64,000 nucleotides of DNA from Bacilli bacterium (GCA_050953065.1 JBMNLZ010000003.1:96001-160000), one strand, 5' to 3'; numbered from the stretch's first letter, positions 21,601 through 30,974 are shown. Numbers and translations: made by a program. The notes: generated from the sequence alone by a model not told the origin.

Positions 21601-23085
21601 TTTTCTATAATTTGTTCTATATAGATTGGAATTTAAACCAACTTCCATATAAGTATTACCTTGAGTTAATACTTCACGATTAGCATCAAAAGTTGAATAA
21701 GTTGCAGTATTTGGTATTGTAACGTGATACTTAGTTTCATCACCTGTTGTGTATCTACCAAAAATTTCACCATCATTATAAATTTCAATTAAATGATCTG
21801 CAAAAGCATAATTTAAATTTACTTGTTTAAAATCAATATAACCTATTTGTCCATAATTTATAACTTCAACATTTGAAACATATGAGATTGGAGTTCCTCC
21901 ATGAAACATTTGTTTTTCAGAAGCAACAAGCCCTACAAATGATGACTTATCAATAAACACTCTTGATCCAGCTCCACTAGACCCCCCTGCAATAATTAAA
22001 TCAGCTCCTAAATATTCAGCTTCTTTTTGTAAACTAATCATATGAATATTTTTTACATAAAGTCCTGCTGCTGAATGTTTTAAATTATATGCTAAATTTG
22101 AAACTGGTTTAGCAACATCTACATAAATCTTGCCATTTACCTTTAATTGAGCATATGAAGATGTTAAATAATTTCCTTCAAGCCTAAACTTAGCGTATGG
22201 CATTTTAATAATCAAATCTCCATTAACAGTTAAAATACCTCCACCTGTTAAATCAAGGAAACTATCTGTAGCCCCACCATATTCAAAAATTAAATCTCCA
22301 TCAACAGTTAAGTTATAATTATTTAATTTAACAGCTGTGTTATTAGCAAAATCCGTAACAAACAATGTTTTTGGATATGAAATATCGGCAGTTAAATTTA
22401 GTGTGCTTCCGTTCTTTTTAGCTGTTAAGTAATTATCAATATTAGCAACTGTTCCAACATTTACAACTCCCCCACCAGTTGCTAAAGTGGCTTCATTTTC
22501 ATAAAAGGCAGCAATTCTTGGATTTAAAACCATCTGAGAACCAACTGCATTTTCACCTATACCTGTAACTGAATAAGCTAAAGTATACCTATATTCAATT
22601 CTTTCAGTTTCATCAACAGTATATCTTGGCAAAACTGTCAAATCAGAAATATAACTTTCTAAATATGTAAAGTCTTTATTAGAAAATAATGTTTCTACTG
22701 CCCCAGTTGGAATAGTGTCTACTTCTTTTTGACGTGTCAAAGTAGCACTAAATGTAACATTATCTTTAATACTTACATAATTATCTTCAAATTGAAAACC
22801 AACAGTATATGCAATATTGTCTGGTCCAATACTATGATAATGACCAACTAAAAATTTAAATTCTTTATTTGTAATATTATTAGTATTTAAAATTGAAATC
22901 GTTTGATCTCCACTCTTAGCTACAGCTACACCATTTTCTGGGAACCTTACATCTAGTGGTTCATAGATATATGTAATACTACCAAACCAACCAAATACAT
23001 TACCAATTAAAAAGGTGCTAAAAAATATAACAAAAAATACTAGCAACAAGAATCTACTCTTGTTTTGCATCGCCATTTTCGTCAT
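18682..23085 (-). CDS. Large secreted surface protein (1467 aa) with SipW-class signal, beta-rich N-region and degenerate Flg_new repeats
   Basis: AGGAGGTG SD; signal ends NVFG|WFG; shares the SIDSATDLPEIFAADFY...GGFLGTEPYKTKY module with the two giant proteins; start overlaps the sipW end. Confidence 0.75.
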   Translation of the reverse strand: MTKMAMQNKSRFLLLVFFVIFFSTFLIGNVFGWFGSITYIYEPLDVRFPENGVAVAKSGDQTISILNTNNITNKEFKFLVGHYHSIGPDNIAYTVGFQFEDNYVSIKDNVTFSATLTRQKEVDTIPTGAVETLFSNKDFTYLESYISDLTVLPRYTVDETERIEYRYTLAYSVTGIGENAVGSQMVLNPRIAAFYENEATLATGGGVVNVGTVANIDNYLTAKKNGSTLNLTADISYPKTLFVTDFANNTAVKLNNYNLTVDGDLIFEYGGATDSFLDLTGGGILTVNGDLIIKMPYAKFRLEGNYLTSSYAQLKVNGKIYVDVAKPVSNLAYNLKHSAAGLYVKNIHMISLQKEAEYLGADLIIAGGSSGAGSRVFIDKSSFVGLVASEKQMFHGGTPISYVSNVEVINYGQIGYIDFKQVNLNYAFADHLIEIYNDGEIFGRYTTGDETKYHVTIPNTATYSTFDANREVLTQGNTYMEVGLNSNLYRTNYRKGVEFYARKILVDNESIADTSFQTQHVLQIYSTVHFIYWDEFGVEQTSTAVVNYAERINPTYIPKEGATWYSRTWDSASSSYISTPLDGLVDLNTFVISSDIYLYEIIAFTINYELADKDKAGFSFSAPNFSSNNQIYFDAGDVYAGFDGISFAEPSKENYRFEGWAFASNLAYNPSNFIPYDNTKQGYFVSTSDILSHGSWDSRTGTYALSLYSYWDPYVIRLIRNDEIIGSYNTFAEPYNAAQAGDRIELLNDYHLLADFTIDKNITFDLGAYQLALGSGVDLIVKQGYVLGNDDCFTTSYENTTIEIYAAADASKIGSYINGIEKQSFYRTETTKYIAKDIDPSANVDISWCEYFTINLYKPWLVQSPTDLPEATFSTYYSASITSNLAVYETGGATCWVPLATIFSEWQDNLGNRVPPERLSYLTRDMDLYFKVNAMAAISLNGTSNGTTKTETMVLKNTVDFTIAAADAPLNIQNTVFSATLGGNAWKSNSDFNATTKRLSLVSDTTEGIGIVTVTYNLIDPQTSAAISINGQSSVQGTWTALVRYPEVTYRISDPEFGGKWQWEVGTAAIGVYQGKPGYSIDSATDLPEIFAADFYHYLDNQRYPEFDLYKTQVSGRDYYDFRIQKLLTGHIHGNPADGRKGLLYRESGAYISDKDIQTAFGAIFSRRESNGTIIPWSVLDSEVYHTQWAATSTTSATDGYGNFLFQNIVSTNVNTMEYTISGGFLGTEPYKTKYKGLVDLMVALYWAKYRNGTYGLGKWVNATNNGTDPLVNKRIRRIFAWNIEAYFFGLQTLDNINGEQTTNVYNRTKLIRDIRRTIPNTNVEYTFTGNETTGWTINQVFSSVYPTGDYTQRGGPGVKTLGYHTNSAAFMYDLITGYSSTVNNATPIKTSAGGNTLYSFIGWSTVAPVSGYSFSNVPRHASDPGKLCSVCDGYVNGNFPETITADDDLYPIYKLSSRVGEKIWER

Positions 23086-23611
23086 TTTTTCTCACCTCCT
23101 TTACAATGCAATATACTTGGTAATATATTACAAGCACTAAAGGAACAAGTACCAATGCTAAAAAGATATACTTGTTCGATATAAAAGAATAAATAACAGT
23201 AATAAATGATAATTTTTTTATAATTTTACCCTTAATTTGACTTCCATTTACTAATGGATCAAGTTCAACATTTTTATCTCCCTTAAGAGTAAAGATATAA
23301 TCACCATTATTTTCTTCTATATTTACGATTCTGTGCGTAACTATCTTACCATTGTAAGTGCCAACTTCACCTAAATAAGCAACAACATCATCTACTTCTA
23401 AAGTATCTAAAGACACTTTTTTACTAACAATGATATCTCCAACATCATAAGTACCACTCATACTATCAGTAACAACTACATACATTTGGTACCCAAAAAC
23501 TTGTGGAGTTTCACCTTTTACAGTTTGAACAAACGAAAAGCCTAGGATTATAAATAAGAATATAAACACTACATATACTATTATCATCATAAAGGCCTTG
23601 AATCTTTTCAT
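23054..23611 (-). CDS. sipW: Signal peptidase I, SipW/ER-type (S26B)
   Basis: N-terminal TM; VVTDSM (catalytic Ser), VGD, VTHRI (His), LKGDKN; C-terminal TM. Confidence 0.88.
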   Translation of the reverse strand: MKRFKAFMMIIVYVVFIFLFIILGFSFVQTVKGETPQVFGYQMYVVVTDSMSGTYDVGDIIVSKKVSLDTLEVDDVVAYLGEVGTYNGKIVTHRIVNIEENNGDYIFTLKGDKNVELDPLVNGSQIKGKIIKKLSFITVIYSFISNKYIFLALVLVPLVLVIYYQVYCIVKEVRKNDENGDAKQE

Positions 23612-23636
23612 TTTATTCTCACTTTTTATTTATAAA

Positions 23637-24878
23637 TTATTTCTCTTGTAATGATTCTCTCTTCTTTTCTAGTTTTTCTTGTTGCTTAATAATCTTTCTA
23701 ATAGTTTCTTGTTTTTCTCTAATTTTCTTTTCAATTTCTAATTCTTTTTCATAACTCTTCAAAACTCTATCAATTGAGGCTAAAACATCTTTTTCATTAA
23801 CCTTTTTAATTCTACCACTTACAAGATTAGTAGAACCTACCTTTTCTAATTCTAAGACATTTTCATCTTCTACATATCTATTAACAAAAGATTTAACAAA
23901 AGTAGGTCTAAGTTTAGTTACTCTATCGTTTTGTTTGACAACTAAATCTTTATCAACATATTCTTTGAATAGCAAGAAGTTAGAAAACATTGAATAACCC
24001 AATTGATCGACAAACTTTTGATCTACCTTACCTAATGATTCATTTACCTCAACTGAAAAACCAATCTTATCGTATGTTTCAATAAACTGCCATAATTTTA
24101 AAGCTTTCTTAAAGTCAGGGTTTTTTAAGATAACATTCGTTCTAACAATAGGAGGTCTAACCATCGCAGAACCTGCCATTTGTTTTGAAAATGGACTGTG
24201 ATATAATCCGTCAATTATCTTAGCAAGTCTTGCAACACGCTGAATCCCGCTCATACCTTGAGGATTTTGTTGCATTAAATCATCAAGAGTTGATTCTGAT
24301 TCAATTTTAAGCTCATATCTAAATCTCTTTCCTTCAACTTTAAAGTTTGATTTTATTGAAACTTCATTTAAATCACCTTCAGCTAAAGCTCCCTTAATAA
24401 TCTGCAGACGTTTTTCAATAAATATTCTTAAGTTAAAGATTAAAGTATAGATAAATCTGTTTTCATAAATCTCATAACTTTCTTCTTTATAAACATTTAA
24501 GATTCGATCAGGAATAACCTCATCCCCTCTAACCTCACTAATAAGGTTAGTGTTTTGAGCAAGATGTCTAATAGATTCTTGTGTAACTTTCTTGGCTAAA
24601 GAAACTGGGATAATATCTTCTTCTTGAACGATAAACTTTCTTGGATTTCTTACAATCGTATCAAGCGAAGGAGTCGCTTCTTCAATTGCTTCTAACCAGT
24701 CTTCATCAACATTTTTAATTTTCATTCTAGTATAGAGATTCATTTCATTTTCGCCATTTGCGACCATCTCTATAAAGTCTTTATAAAAATTATCGTTACC
24801 TATAGTAGCCATTACATTTTTAACTGTATTTAGATAACTTTTATCTGGAGTTTTATCATCTTTTGCCATAACGGCCAC
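23637..24878 (-). CDS. DUF2357 (McrC-N-like) domain protein with C-terminal coiled coil; no evident nuclease domain
   Basis: YEIYENRFI motif and N.ILKNPDFKKALKLW resemble DUF2357; directly downstream of the McrB-like AAA gene; C-terminus is K/E-rich. Start may be ATG at 24869. Confidence 0.7.
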   Translation of the reverse strand: MAVMAKDDKTPDKSYLNTVKNVMATIGNDNFYKDFIEMVANGENEMNLYTRMKIKNVDEDWLEAIEEATPSLDTIVRNPRKFIVQEEDIIPVSLAKKVTQESIRHLAQNTNLISEVRGDEVIPDRILNVYKEESYEIYENRFIYTLIFNLRIFIEKRLQIIKGALAEGDLNEVSIKSNFKVEGKRFRYELKIESESTLDDLMQQNPQGMSGIQRVARLAKIIDGLYHSPFSKQMAGSAMVRPPIVRTNVILKNPDFKKALKLWQFIETYDKIGFSVEVNESLGKVDQKFVDQLGYSMFSNFLLFKEYVDKDLVVKQNDRVTKLRPTFVKSFVNRYVEDENVLELEKVGSTNLVSGRIKKVNEKDVLASIDRVLKSYEKELEIEKKIREKQETIRKIIKQQEKLEKKRESLQEK

Positions 24879-24897
24879 CTTTCTTTTTTCTTAATTA

Positions 24898-26415
24898 TTA
24901 GAATAGTTTCTTTAATCTCTTTAGATAATCTTTACATTCTTCCATGTTTTGAGAACCAAATAATTTATCCAAGTAAGCAATTAAACCATCAATTTCATCT
25001 CTGATATAAGATAAGTTCAAACTTTCAAACTTTCTTAAGATTTTGTTTGCTAAAACATAATCAAGTCCATCTAATTCAGTTCCACCTGTAGCAATATATG
25101 TTGGAATAAATTCAGTTAATTGTTTTAAAATACGGTTACCAAACGCTAACCTAAAGTGTTTAATAACATAGTCATCTAGTAATTCTAATTTATCTAAAAC
25201 TTCTTGACTTACCTTATGATTTTCCTTAGCTTCTTTATATAAATTCTCTAAATGATCAAATCCAATTTTTACTGGATCTGTATCTGGTGCTGGGAAAAAC
25301 TTACCTTTTTGGTTAATATTAATTGGCATACCACGGTCATAAACTTTATCCGAAATCGCGAAAGTCGAGTCGTCCATGTTAACAGTACCAACATAGTACA
25401 TATTTTGAGGAAGTTTAAATCTACCCTTTACAATATGTTTAGGGTCATTTGGCCAACCACTGGCAACTAAGTCAACAATCCATAAGTCCCTAATCGGCAT
25501 TTCTAGGATTGATAACATCTCAGCGAAGTAGTACTCAACTCTGGCGATGTTCATTTCATCCAGGATAATAACTGAAACTTCGTTAGTATAAGTTGCTTCA
25601 TATAAAGCTTTTAAAACTTCTGTTTCATTAAATCTTTTTGTAAATTCGTTAAAGTAACCAAATAACTCAGTTCTATCACGCCATGATGGTTGAACTGAAG
25701 CTAGTGTTACTGGGTTTTGTAAGAACTTACCGAAGGCATACGGTAAGGAAGTCTTACCAGTACCAGAAATACCTTGTAAGATAACAAGTCTAGCACTTGA
25801 AAAAGCTGAAATAAATAATCTAATTGTTTTGATATCATAGAATAACTTTAATCTTGAACAAGCAAAGTTTCTAAATCTTTCACATAGATCATCTAATCTA
25901 ATAGTATTATCATATTCAGGTGCTACATAGTTTTCATATTTTTGGTCAATTTCAGTTAACTTATAGAAACGACTATTACTAGTATCAACTTTCTTCTCTC
26001 CTACTGCTCCCTCTTCTGCTCCAGTTCCATCCGCAGCAAAAGCAGGGCCTCCAATTTGAGAAACCTTTAAAGCTAGAATTCTATCTTTTTCTTGGTTAAC
26101 TCTCATAACCTCTCTTTTTAGAGAAGTTATTTCATCAATCAAGTCCTCAGAGCTTACCTTACTTCTTCTAATTCTGATATATCTTCTTAAGAAATATAAG
26201 AATAACCAAAGAATCGCTCCAACAACAGCAATAACGCACAGTAAAAGTAGGATACCTACTACCCATTGCCACCAAACAAATCCTCCTGAATGTCCTTCAA
26301 ATACTTTATAGTATTCAAAGACGTTTAGCATTTCATAAATGCTAATCCAAATGCCTGAGAATCCCTTCCAAAATACTAGTAGAAAATCTTTCAAAAAATT
26401 AATTATAGTTTCCAT
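24898..26415 (-). CDS. Membrane-anchored McrB-like AAA+ NTPase
   Basis: Walker A GISGTGKT; VQPSWRDRTELFGYFN; Walker B ILDEMNIARVEYYF; GTVNMDDST (McrB-type NxxD); SDKVYDR. N-terminal TM helix plus coiled coil. Confidence 0.82.
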   Translation of the reverse strand: METIINFLKDFLLVFWKGFSGIWISIYEMLNVFEYYKVFEGHSGGFVWWQWVVGILLLLCVIAVVGAILWLFLYFLRRYIRIRRSKVSSEDLIDEITSLKREVMRVNQEKDRILALKVSQIGGPAFAADGTGAEEGAVGEKKVDTSNSRFYKLTEIDQKYENYVAPEYDNTIRLDDLCERFRNFACSRLKLFYDIKTIRLFISAFSSARLVILQGISGTGKTSLPYAFGKFLQNPVTLASVQPSWRDRTELFGYFNEFTKRFNETEVLKALYEATYTNEVSVIILDEMNIARVEYYFAEMLSILEMPIRDLWIVDLVASGWPNDPKHIVKGRFKLPQNMYYVGTVNMDDSTFAISDKVYDRGMPININQKGKFFPAPDTDPVKIGFDHLENLYKEAKENHKVSQEVLDKLELLDDYVIKHFRLAFGNRILKQLTEFIPTYIATGGTELDGLDYVLANKILRKFESLNLSYIRDEIDGLIAYLDKLFGSQNMEECKDYLKRLKKLF

Positions 26416-26459
26416 ATTTTCATGCCTTTCTTATTTTTTAGGTTTTCTAAAAACACAAC

Positions 26460-26533
26460 AATTTTAAACTAATTATTAATAAAATAATTAGTTTAAAATT
26501 ATCGTCCGTCTTTTTTAAGAAGACGATAATTTT
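26460..26533 (-). terminator. Overlapping double hairpin (terminator, attenuator or RNA-stability element)
   Basis: Perfect IR AATTTTAAACTAATTATT/AATAATTAGTTTAAAATT (26460-26500) overlapping IR AAAATTATCGTC/GACGATAATTTT (26495-26533). Confidence 0.6.
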
Positions 26534-26537
26534 TAGT

Positions 26538-27338
26538 TTATTCTTTCTTTTCTTCTTTTGAACTTTCTTTTTCTTCCTCTTTAGCTTTTTCTTTAGCCGC
26601 TAATTCTTCTTTTTGTTTCTTTAAGAATTCTTGAATTGCTAGCTCTTTTAATTCATCCGATAACTCACCGGTTTCAGCTGCTTTAGCAAGTTCAGTCTTT
26701 CTCTTTAAATCAACAAAGAATTTAATAAAAGCAAATAAGTTCCAAACAAACAAACCAAGCATTGGTAAGAAGACAGCAACTAAGAAGACAGTTGGATCTT
26801 TAATCCAATCTAGGACTTTTCCAAGCCCACCAATTTTTCCGCGATATACCGCCACAATATCATTTGTTAAAAAGGGATCGTCTTCTAAAAACTCATTATC
26901 ACCTTTTGTAGTACACCAAACTAAAGGTTTCCCAGTCTCAGAATCAATTAAATGAGGATCTTCACGCATTTCAACAAGTCTATGAATTCGTAAATACTTA
27001 TCTCTTCCTGCTCCAACCCAAATAGCTACAATATCACCTGGTGTATCAGAGTCTTTATAACCAGCTACTAACTCTTTTGATTCATCATATGCACCCATAA
27101 TAGTTAAGTCACCAACTTTAATAGTCGGTTCCATTGAATCAGTTTGAATAGCCAAAAATGATACATCAATCACAGGAAGTCTACTTACTCCTCCTGTTTT
27201 ATTACTAATAGAAGCAATAATAACAAAAAAAGCAAAAACTATTAATATTATTTCTAAAATATTTATAATATTAGAAATAATTTCTTTTTTTCCTAATTTC
27301 TTTTTTTCTTTTGTTTGAGTATTAGTTTCTTTTTCCAC
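26538..27338 (-). CDS. sipW: Second SipW-type signal peptidase I (S26B) with charged C-terminal tail
   Basis: IQTDSMEPTIKVGD, RIHRL, TKGDN; N- and C-terminal TMs; GTG start after AGGAG. Confidence 0.85.
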   Translation of the reverse strand: MEKETNTQTKEKKKLGKKEIISNIINILEIILIVFAFFVIIASISNKTGGVSRLPVIDVSFLAIQTDSMEPTIKVGDLTIMGAYDESKELVAGYKDSDTPGDIVAIWVGAGRDKYLRIHRLVEMREDPHLIDSETGKPLVWCTTKGDNEFLEDDPFLTNDIVAVYRGKIGGLGKVLDWIKDPTVFLVAVFLPMLGLFVWNLFAFIKFFVDLKRKTELAKAAETGELSDELKELAIQEFLKKQKEELAAKEKAKEEEKESSKEEKKE

Positions 27339-27347
27339 TATTGTCTC

Positions 27348-28202
27348 CTATCCTAATTCTTCTTCACTTGCATTTCTTACCGCAAAAACTAAGTTTATCT
27401 CTACGTTTTGACCTAAATATGCATCCACACAATTTTCATCAGTTCCTTCAAACCAAACAACTAAAGTTACAACATCTTTTCCTTCTTCATCAAATTTACT
27501 AGCATCTATAAGAAAAAGTGGTGTAGCCATCGCTGCATATCCAGCTTTTATTAATAAAACTTCATTTTCCCCCTCTGGATTTTCTTTAATTCTTCCACTT
27601 GTAGCACCACCTATTGGATTATCAAAGTCTGCACTAGTAACAAAAGTCAATTCATCACTTATAGCATTTGGAGCCCAAATACCAATTAACTTATTATCTT
27701 TTATAAAAGCAACTCTTGTAGCTCTTGATATTTCTTGGTCTGCAGTTAAATTAGCATCCCCAGTTAAATAAACTATCTTATCAGTATCCTCTGGTTCATC
27801 TTCATCCATATTGTACGCAGAAAACCAAAAACTAATTACTAAAGCATCTCCATAACCATTAACTTTTTTATAATTGGTTGGACTTGCTTCATTTATTGCA
27901 TAGAAACTAAGTCCATTCCCTGACTGATCGCCCATTAAATGATCAATTACACTTGTAGAGTAAAATGGGTCAAATTCATCATCAAAGAATATTTCTCTAC
28001 GATAATTTTCAAAAATCCTTGGATAAGTTTCGCTATCAGCAGTATTAGCATAAATTCTTAATTTTCCCGAAGTACTTGCTTGAATAAGAGAGCTTTGATA
28101 AGAAGCACGCTTTGAAAGAGATATCCAAGCATAAGCGGCAGATGTTGCTACTAAAAGCGAAACTATGAGCATTAAAAATAATAGCACAAATCTTCTTCTC
28201 AT
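27348..28202 (-). CDS. SipW-class secreted protein, WxEGxD family (putative fibre subunit)
   Basis: Signal ends AAYA|WIS; DQSGNG, RVAF, GIWAP, VVWFEGTDENCVD. Confidence 0.7.
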   Translation of the reverse strand: MRRRFVLLFLMLIVSLLVATSAAYAWISLSKRASYQSSLIQASTSGKLRIYANTADSETYPRIFENYRREIFFDDEFDPFYSTSVIDHLMGDQSGNGLSFYAINEASPTNYKKVNGYGDALVISFWFSAYNMDEDEPEDTDKIVYLTGDANLTADQEISRATRVAFIKDNKLIGIWAPNAISDELTFVTSADFDNPIGGATSGRIKENPEGENEVLLIKAGYAAMATPLFLIDASKFDEEGKDVVTLVVWFEGTDENCVDAYLGQNVEINLVFAVRNASEEELG

Positions 28203-28236
28203 AAGCTTTCCTTTCCTTTAAAATTTATTTATTTCC

Positions 28237-29418
28237 TTAGTCCCATCTAGCATAAAGATTGAAAGTATTATTCGGATTAGCAGTGCCAAGTCTTAATTCC
28301 CATTTATTAGTTCCACCATCATTATAGATTGGTAAAACATCTGTATAAAAAGCATCTCTATACCAACCAGCAAAAGTAAAACCAGCTTTTGTTGGAGCAG
28401 TTAACAAATAGGCATCTGAATTGGCACCTTTATTAAACTCAGTAACATCTATAATTTTAGGGTTTGAATTTACTCCACCATTTAAATTATAAATTGGTGA
28501 ATATTTATTTGCAGGCATTCTTCCTGAAAATATCATACTAATATTAACACTTTGACCTATTAAAGCATCTGTTGTATTAGGGTCACTTCCCTCAAACCAA
28601 ATTACAACCTTTACCAAAGGACCTGTGATTTGAGATGCATCAACTTGAGCAATTGATGTCCCTGCATAAATTCTTCTAACAACAGTAGCACTATATGAAG
28701 CAGGGTTTATATAATAATTATTAGGTATAGACTCACTATAAACAGTGCCTTCAAAATCTTGGAAATTTGTAGTCCCAAAACTAGTACTTGGAATAATTGA
28801 CCCACTCAAATTACCATCCCCTGGCCTACCATTACCATCATTATAATCTGCATTAGTAACAAACCTATTATCAGCAGTATTAGAATATACTCCAAAAACA
28901 TTGTCATTGACATCTAAAAACGCGATACGAACAGAATATGCTAAATCTTTTAAATGTGGTCCGGCAGCTGCATTTTCTACCACGATACTTTCTAAATAAA
29001 TATCTCTCATATCAGTTTCAGTACTACCAGTATATGATGTAAAATACAAATCATAAGCTAATGCAACTCCTGTACCACTTATAGCACCATATTTATAATT
29101 ACTACTATCAGGTACTGCTTCATAAAACCGGCTACCATTTCCTGATTGGTCTTTCATAATATGATTTGCATAGCCTGGATTATAAAAATCATCTTCAGGA
29201 TCACTAAAATCAATATAAGTTGTATAGTTAGAAAATATATTAGGAATATCATTTTGATTATGTGTCCATACTTTTAAATAACCTTTTGTTTCAGCTTTAA
29301 CGTTAACACCTCTTACTTCTGCTTCTTTTGAAGCTGTAAACCAAGCATAACCAGCTAAAGTAACTAAAAATACAGAAACTAGTAATAAAAATATTAGTAA
29401 AATTAAATTTTTTCTCAT
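28237..29418 (-). CDS. SipW-class secreted protein, WxEGxD family, with C-terminal Flg_new repeat
   Basis: Signal ends AGYA|WFT; DQSGNG, RIAFL, VIWFEGSDPN; C-terminal YNLNGG...PTKAGFTFAGWY...LYARW. Confidence 0.72.
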   Translation of the reverse strand: MRKNLILLIFLLLVSVFLVTLAGYAWFTASKEAEVRGVNVKAETKGYLKVWTHNQNDIPNIFSNYTTYIDFSDPEDDFYNPGYANHIMKDQSGNGSRFYEAVPDSSNYKYGAISGTGVALAYDLYFTSYTGSTETDMRDIYLESIVVENAAAGPHLKDLAYSVRIAFLDVNDNVFGVYSNTADNRFVTNADYNDGNGRPGDGNLSGSIIPSTSFGTTNFQDFEGTVYSESIPNNYYINPASYSATVVRRIYAGTSIAQVDASQITGPLVKVVIWFEGSDPNTTDALIGQSVNISMIFSGRMPANKYSPIYNLNGGVNSNPKIIDVTEFNKGANSDAYLLTAPTKAGFTFAGWYRDAFYTDVLPIYNDGGTNKWELRLGTANPNNTFNLYARWD

Positions 29419-29442
29419 ATTTTTTCTCCATTACCATAAAAC

Positions 29443-29520
29443 AATTTTTAATCAACTTTTATATTTTAAAGTTGATTAAAAATTATTCTCTATTCTTATC
29501 TTAAGAATAGAAGATAATTT
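29443..29520 (-). terminator. Overlapping double hairpin with the same architecture as 26460-26533
   Basis: IR AATTTTTAATCAACTTT/AAAGTTGATTAAAAATT (29443-29484) overlapping IR AAATTAT..CTATTCTTA/TAAGAATAG..ATAATTT (29480-29520). Confidence 0.6.
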
Positions 29521-29537
29521 AAAATTGATGGAACTTA

Positions 29538-29575
29538 AGAAGGAGATACTTGGAAATGATGATATCTCCTTCTTT
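29538..29575 (-). other. Stem-loop downstream of the 406-aa gene
   Basis: IR AAGAAGGAGATA...TATCTCCTTCTT. Confidence 0.55.
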
Positions 29576-29624
29576 ATTTTAAGTTCTTTTATTTTTTAAA
29601 ATCTATAAACTGTTTTAGATATTA

Positions 29625-30845
29625 TTAAGACCATTTTGCATAAATCTTAATAGTTCTATCAGCAGCAAAGTCGCTTGGTCTTAGATACCACGTAGTTCCA
29701 GCATCATTTGTCATGATTGCATCACCTTCATTCATTCCAGGATCATCAAACCAACCACCAAATGTAAATCCAGGTTTAGTTGGAACGCCTATTGTACGCA
29801 AGTCTGTATATGATTGTCCGCCAATAGTTTCTGATTCATTAAATTGAGCTGCTGTAAATGTTGGTGCGTTTGCTGCGTTGTTAGCACCACCATTAGTATA
29901 ATAAGTAATAGCATATGTGTCAGCAGGCATTCTAGATTGGAATATCATATCAATTGATACTTGATGGCTTAATCTTGAGTCATCAGTATTTGGATCTGAT
30001 CCTTCAATCCATACAACTACTTTAATAGTTGGGTTAAGAGCCTTAATAACAGATGAATCGATTTGACAAATACTAGTTCCTGAAGAAGCAGTACCAGTAG
30101 CTGAAGGAATAATTCTACGAACTACTGAAGCAGCAGGTCCAGCTGGTTTAACATACTTAAGTTCAGATGTAGATTCAGTAATTGATCCCGCTTCAAAATC
30201 TGTATAGTTAGTAGTATCAAAAGCTGTACTTGAAACAACACTGCCGTCTAAGTCAGCTGCAGCTGTAGAAACTGGATCACCAGCTTGACTTTGAAGTGCG
30301 TATTTTGGTTGCCCTGAAGAATGCGCCCAAATACCATAAATATTATTATTGCTGTCTAGGAAACCAATTCTTACAGATGGTAATAAAGTACCAGAAGCGT
30401 TTGTAACAGTTAAACTACTTAAGAAAATATCTCTCATTTGGCTAGTAGCATTACCTGTATAAGCACTGAAATATAGGTTGTAAACTAAAGCTACACCAAA
30501 ACCAGATGCTACACCATAGTTTGCGCTTGCCCCAGCAGCTACAGCTTCAACAAATTGAGAACCATTTCCAGATTGGTCTTTCATGGCATAATCTGTATAA
30601 GCTATATTGTAGAATGGGTCAGTAGGCTCAGCAAAATTAATTGCAGTAGTATAATTTTCATAATCATTAGTAACGCCATTTGCGTTTTCTGTCCAAACTT
30701 TTAATACACCTTGAGTTTCGGCTTTGATTTGTGTTCCTTCAATTTCAGCTTGAGCTGAAGCAGTAAACCATGCATAACCGGCAGCAGTAACAACTAAAGC
30801 CGACAATAACAACATCATAAATAACATTAAAAATCTTTTTTTCAT
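29625..30845 (-). CDS. SipW-class secreted protein, WxEGxD family, with C-terminal Flg_new repeat (paralogue of 28237..29418)
   Basis: Signal ends AGYA|WFT; MKDQSGNG, RIGFL, GIWA, VVWIEGSDPN; PTKPGFTFGGWF...IYAKW. Confidence 0.72.
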   Translation of the reverse strand: MKKRFLMLFMMLLLSALVVTAAGYAWFTASAQAEIEGTQIKAETQGVLKVWTENANGVTNDYENYTTAINFAEPTDPFYNIAYTDYAMKDQSGNGSQFVEAVAAGASANYGVASGFGVALVYNLYFSAYTGNATSQMRDIFLSSLTVTNASGTLLPSVRIGFLDSNNNIYGIWAHSSGQPKYALQSQAGDPVSTAAADLDGSVVSSTAFDTTNYTDFEAGSITESTSELKYVKPAGPAASVVRRIIPSATGTASSGTSICQIDSSVIKALNPTIKVVVWIEGSDPNTDDSRLSHQVSIDMIFQSRMPADTYAITYYTNGGANNAANAPTFTAAQFNESETIGGQSYTDLRTIGVPTKPGFTFGGWFDDPGMNEGDAIMTNDAGTTWYLRPSDFAADRTIKIYAKWS

Positions 30846-30974
30846 AATTGTTTGTTTCTTTCTCCTTTTTTCATATTTTTTTAAAAATTTATCCTTTTAA
30901 TATGTTGATGAATTCCATTTTTTAAATTTCTAACAAATTAGTAGAAAGATTTTAAAAATCTTCAAGAATTAGAT

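Noticed and set aside
23637-26415. Calling the pair a canonical McrBC restriction system
   Set aside because: No DNA-recognition domain (TM helix instead), no visible nuclease motif, and a secretion rather than defence context; kept as a finding instead.
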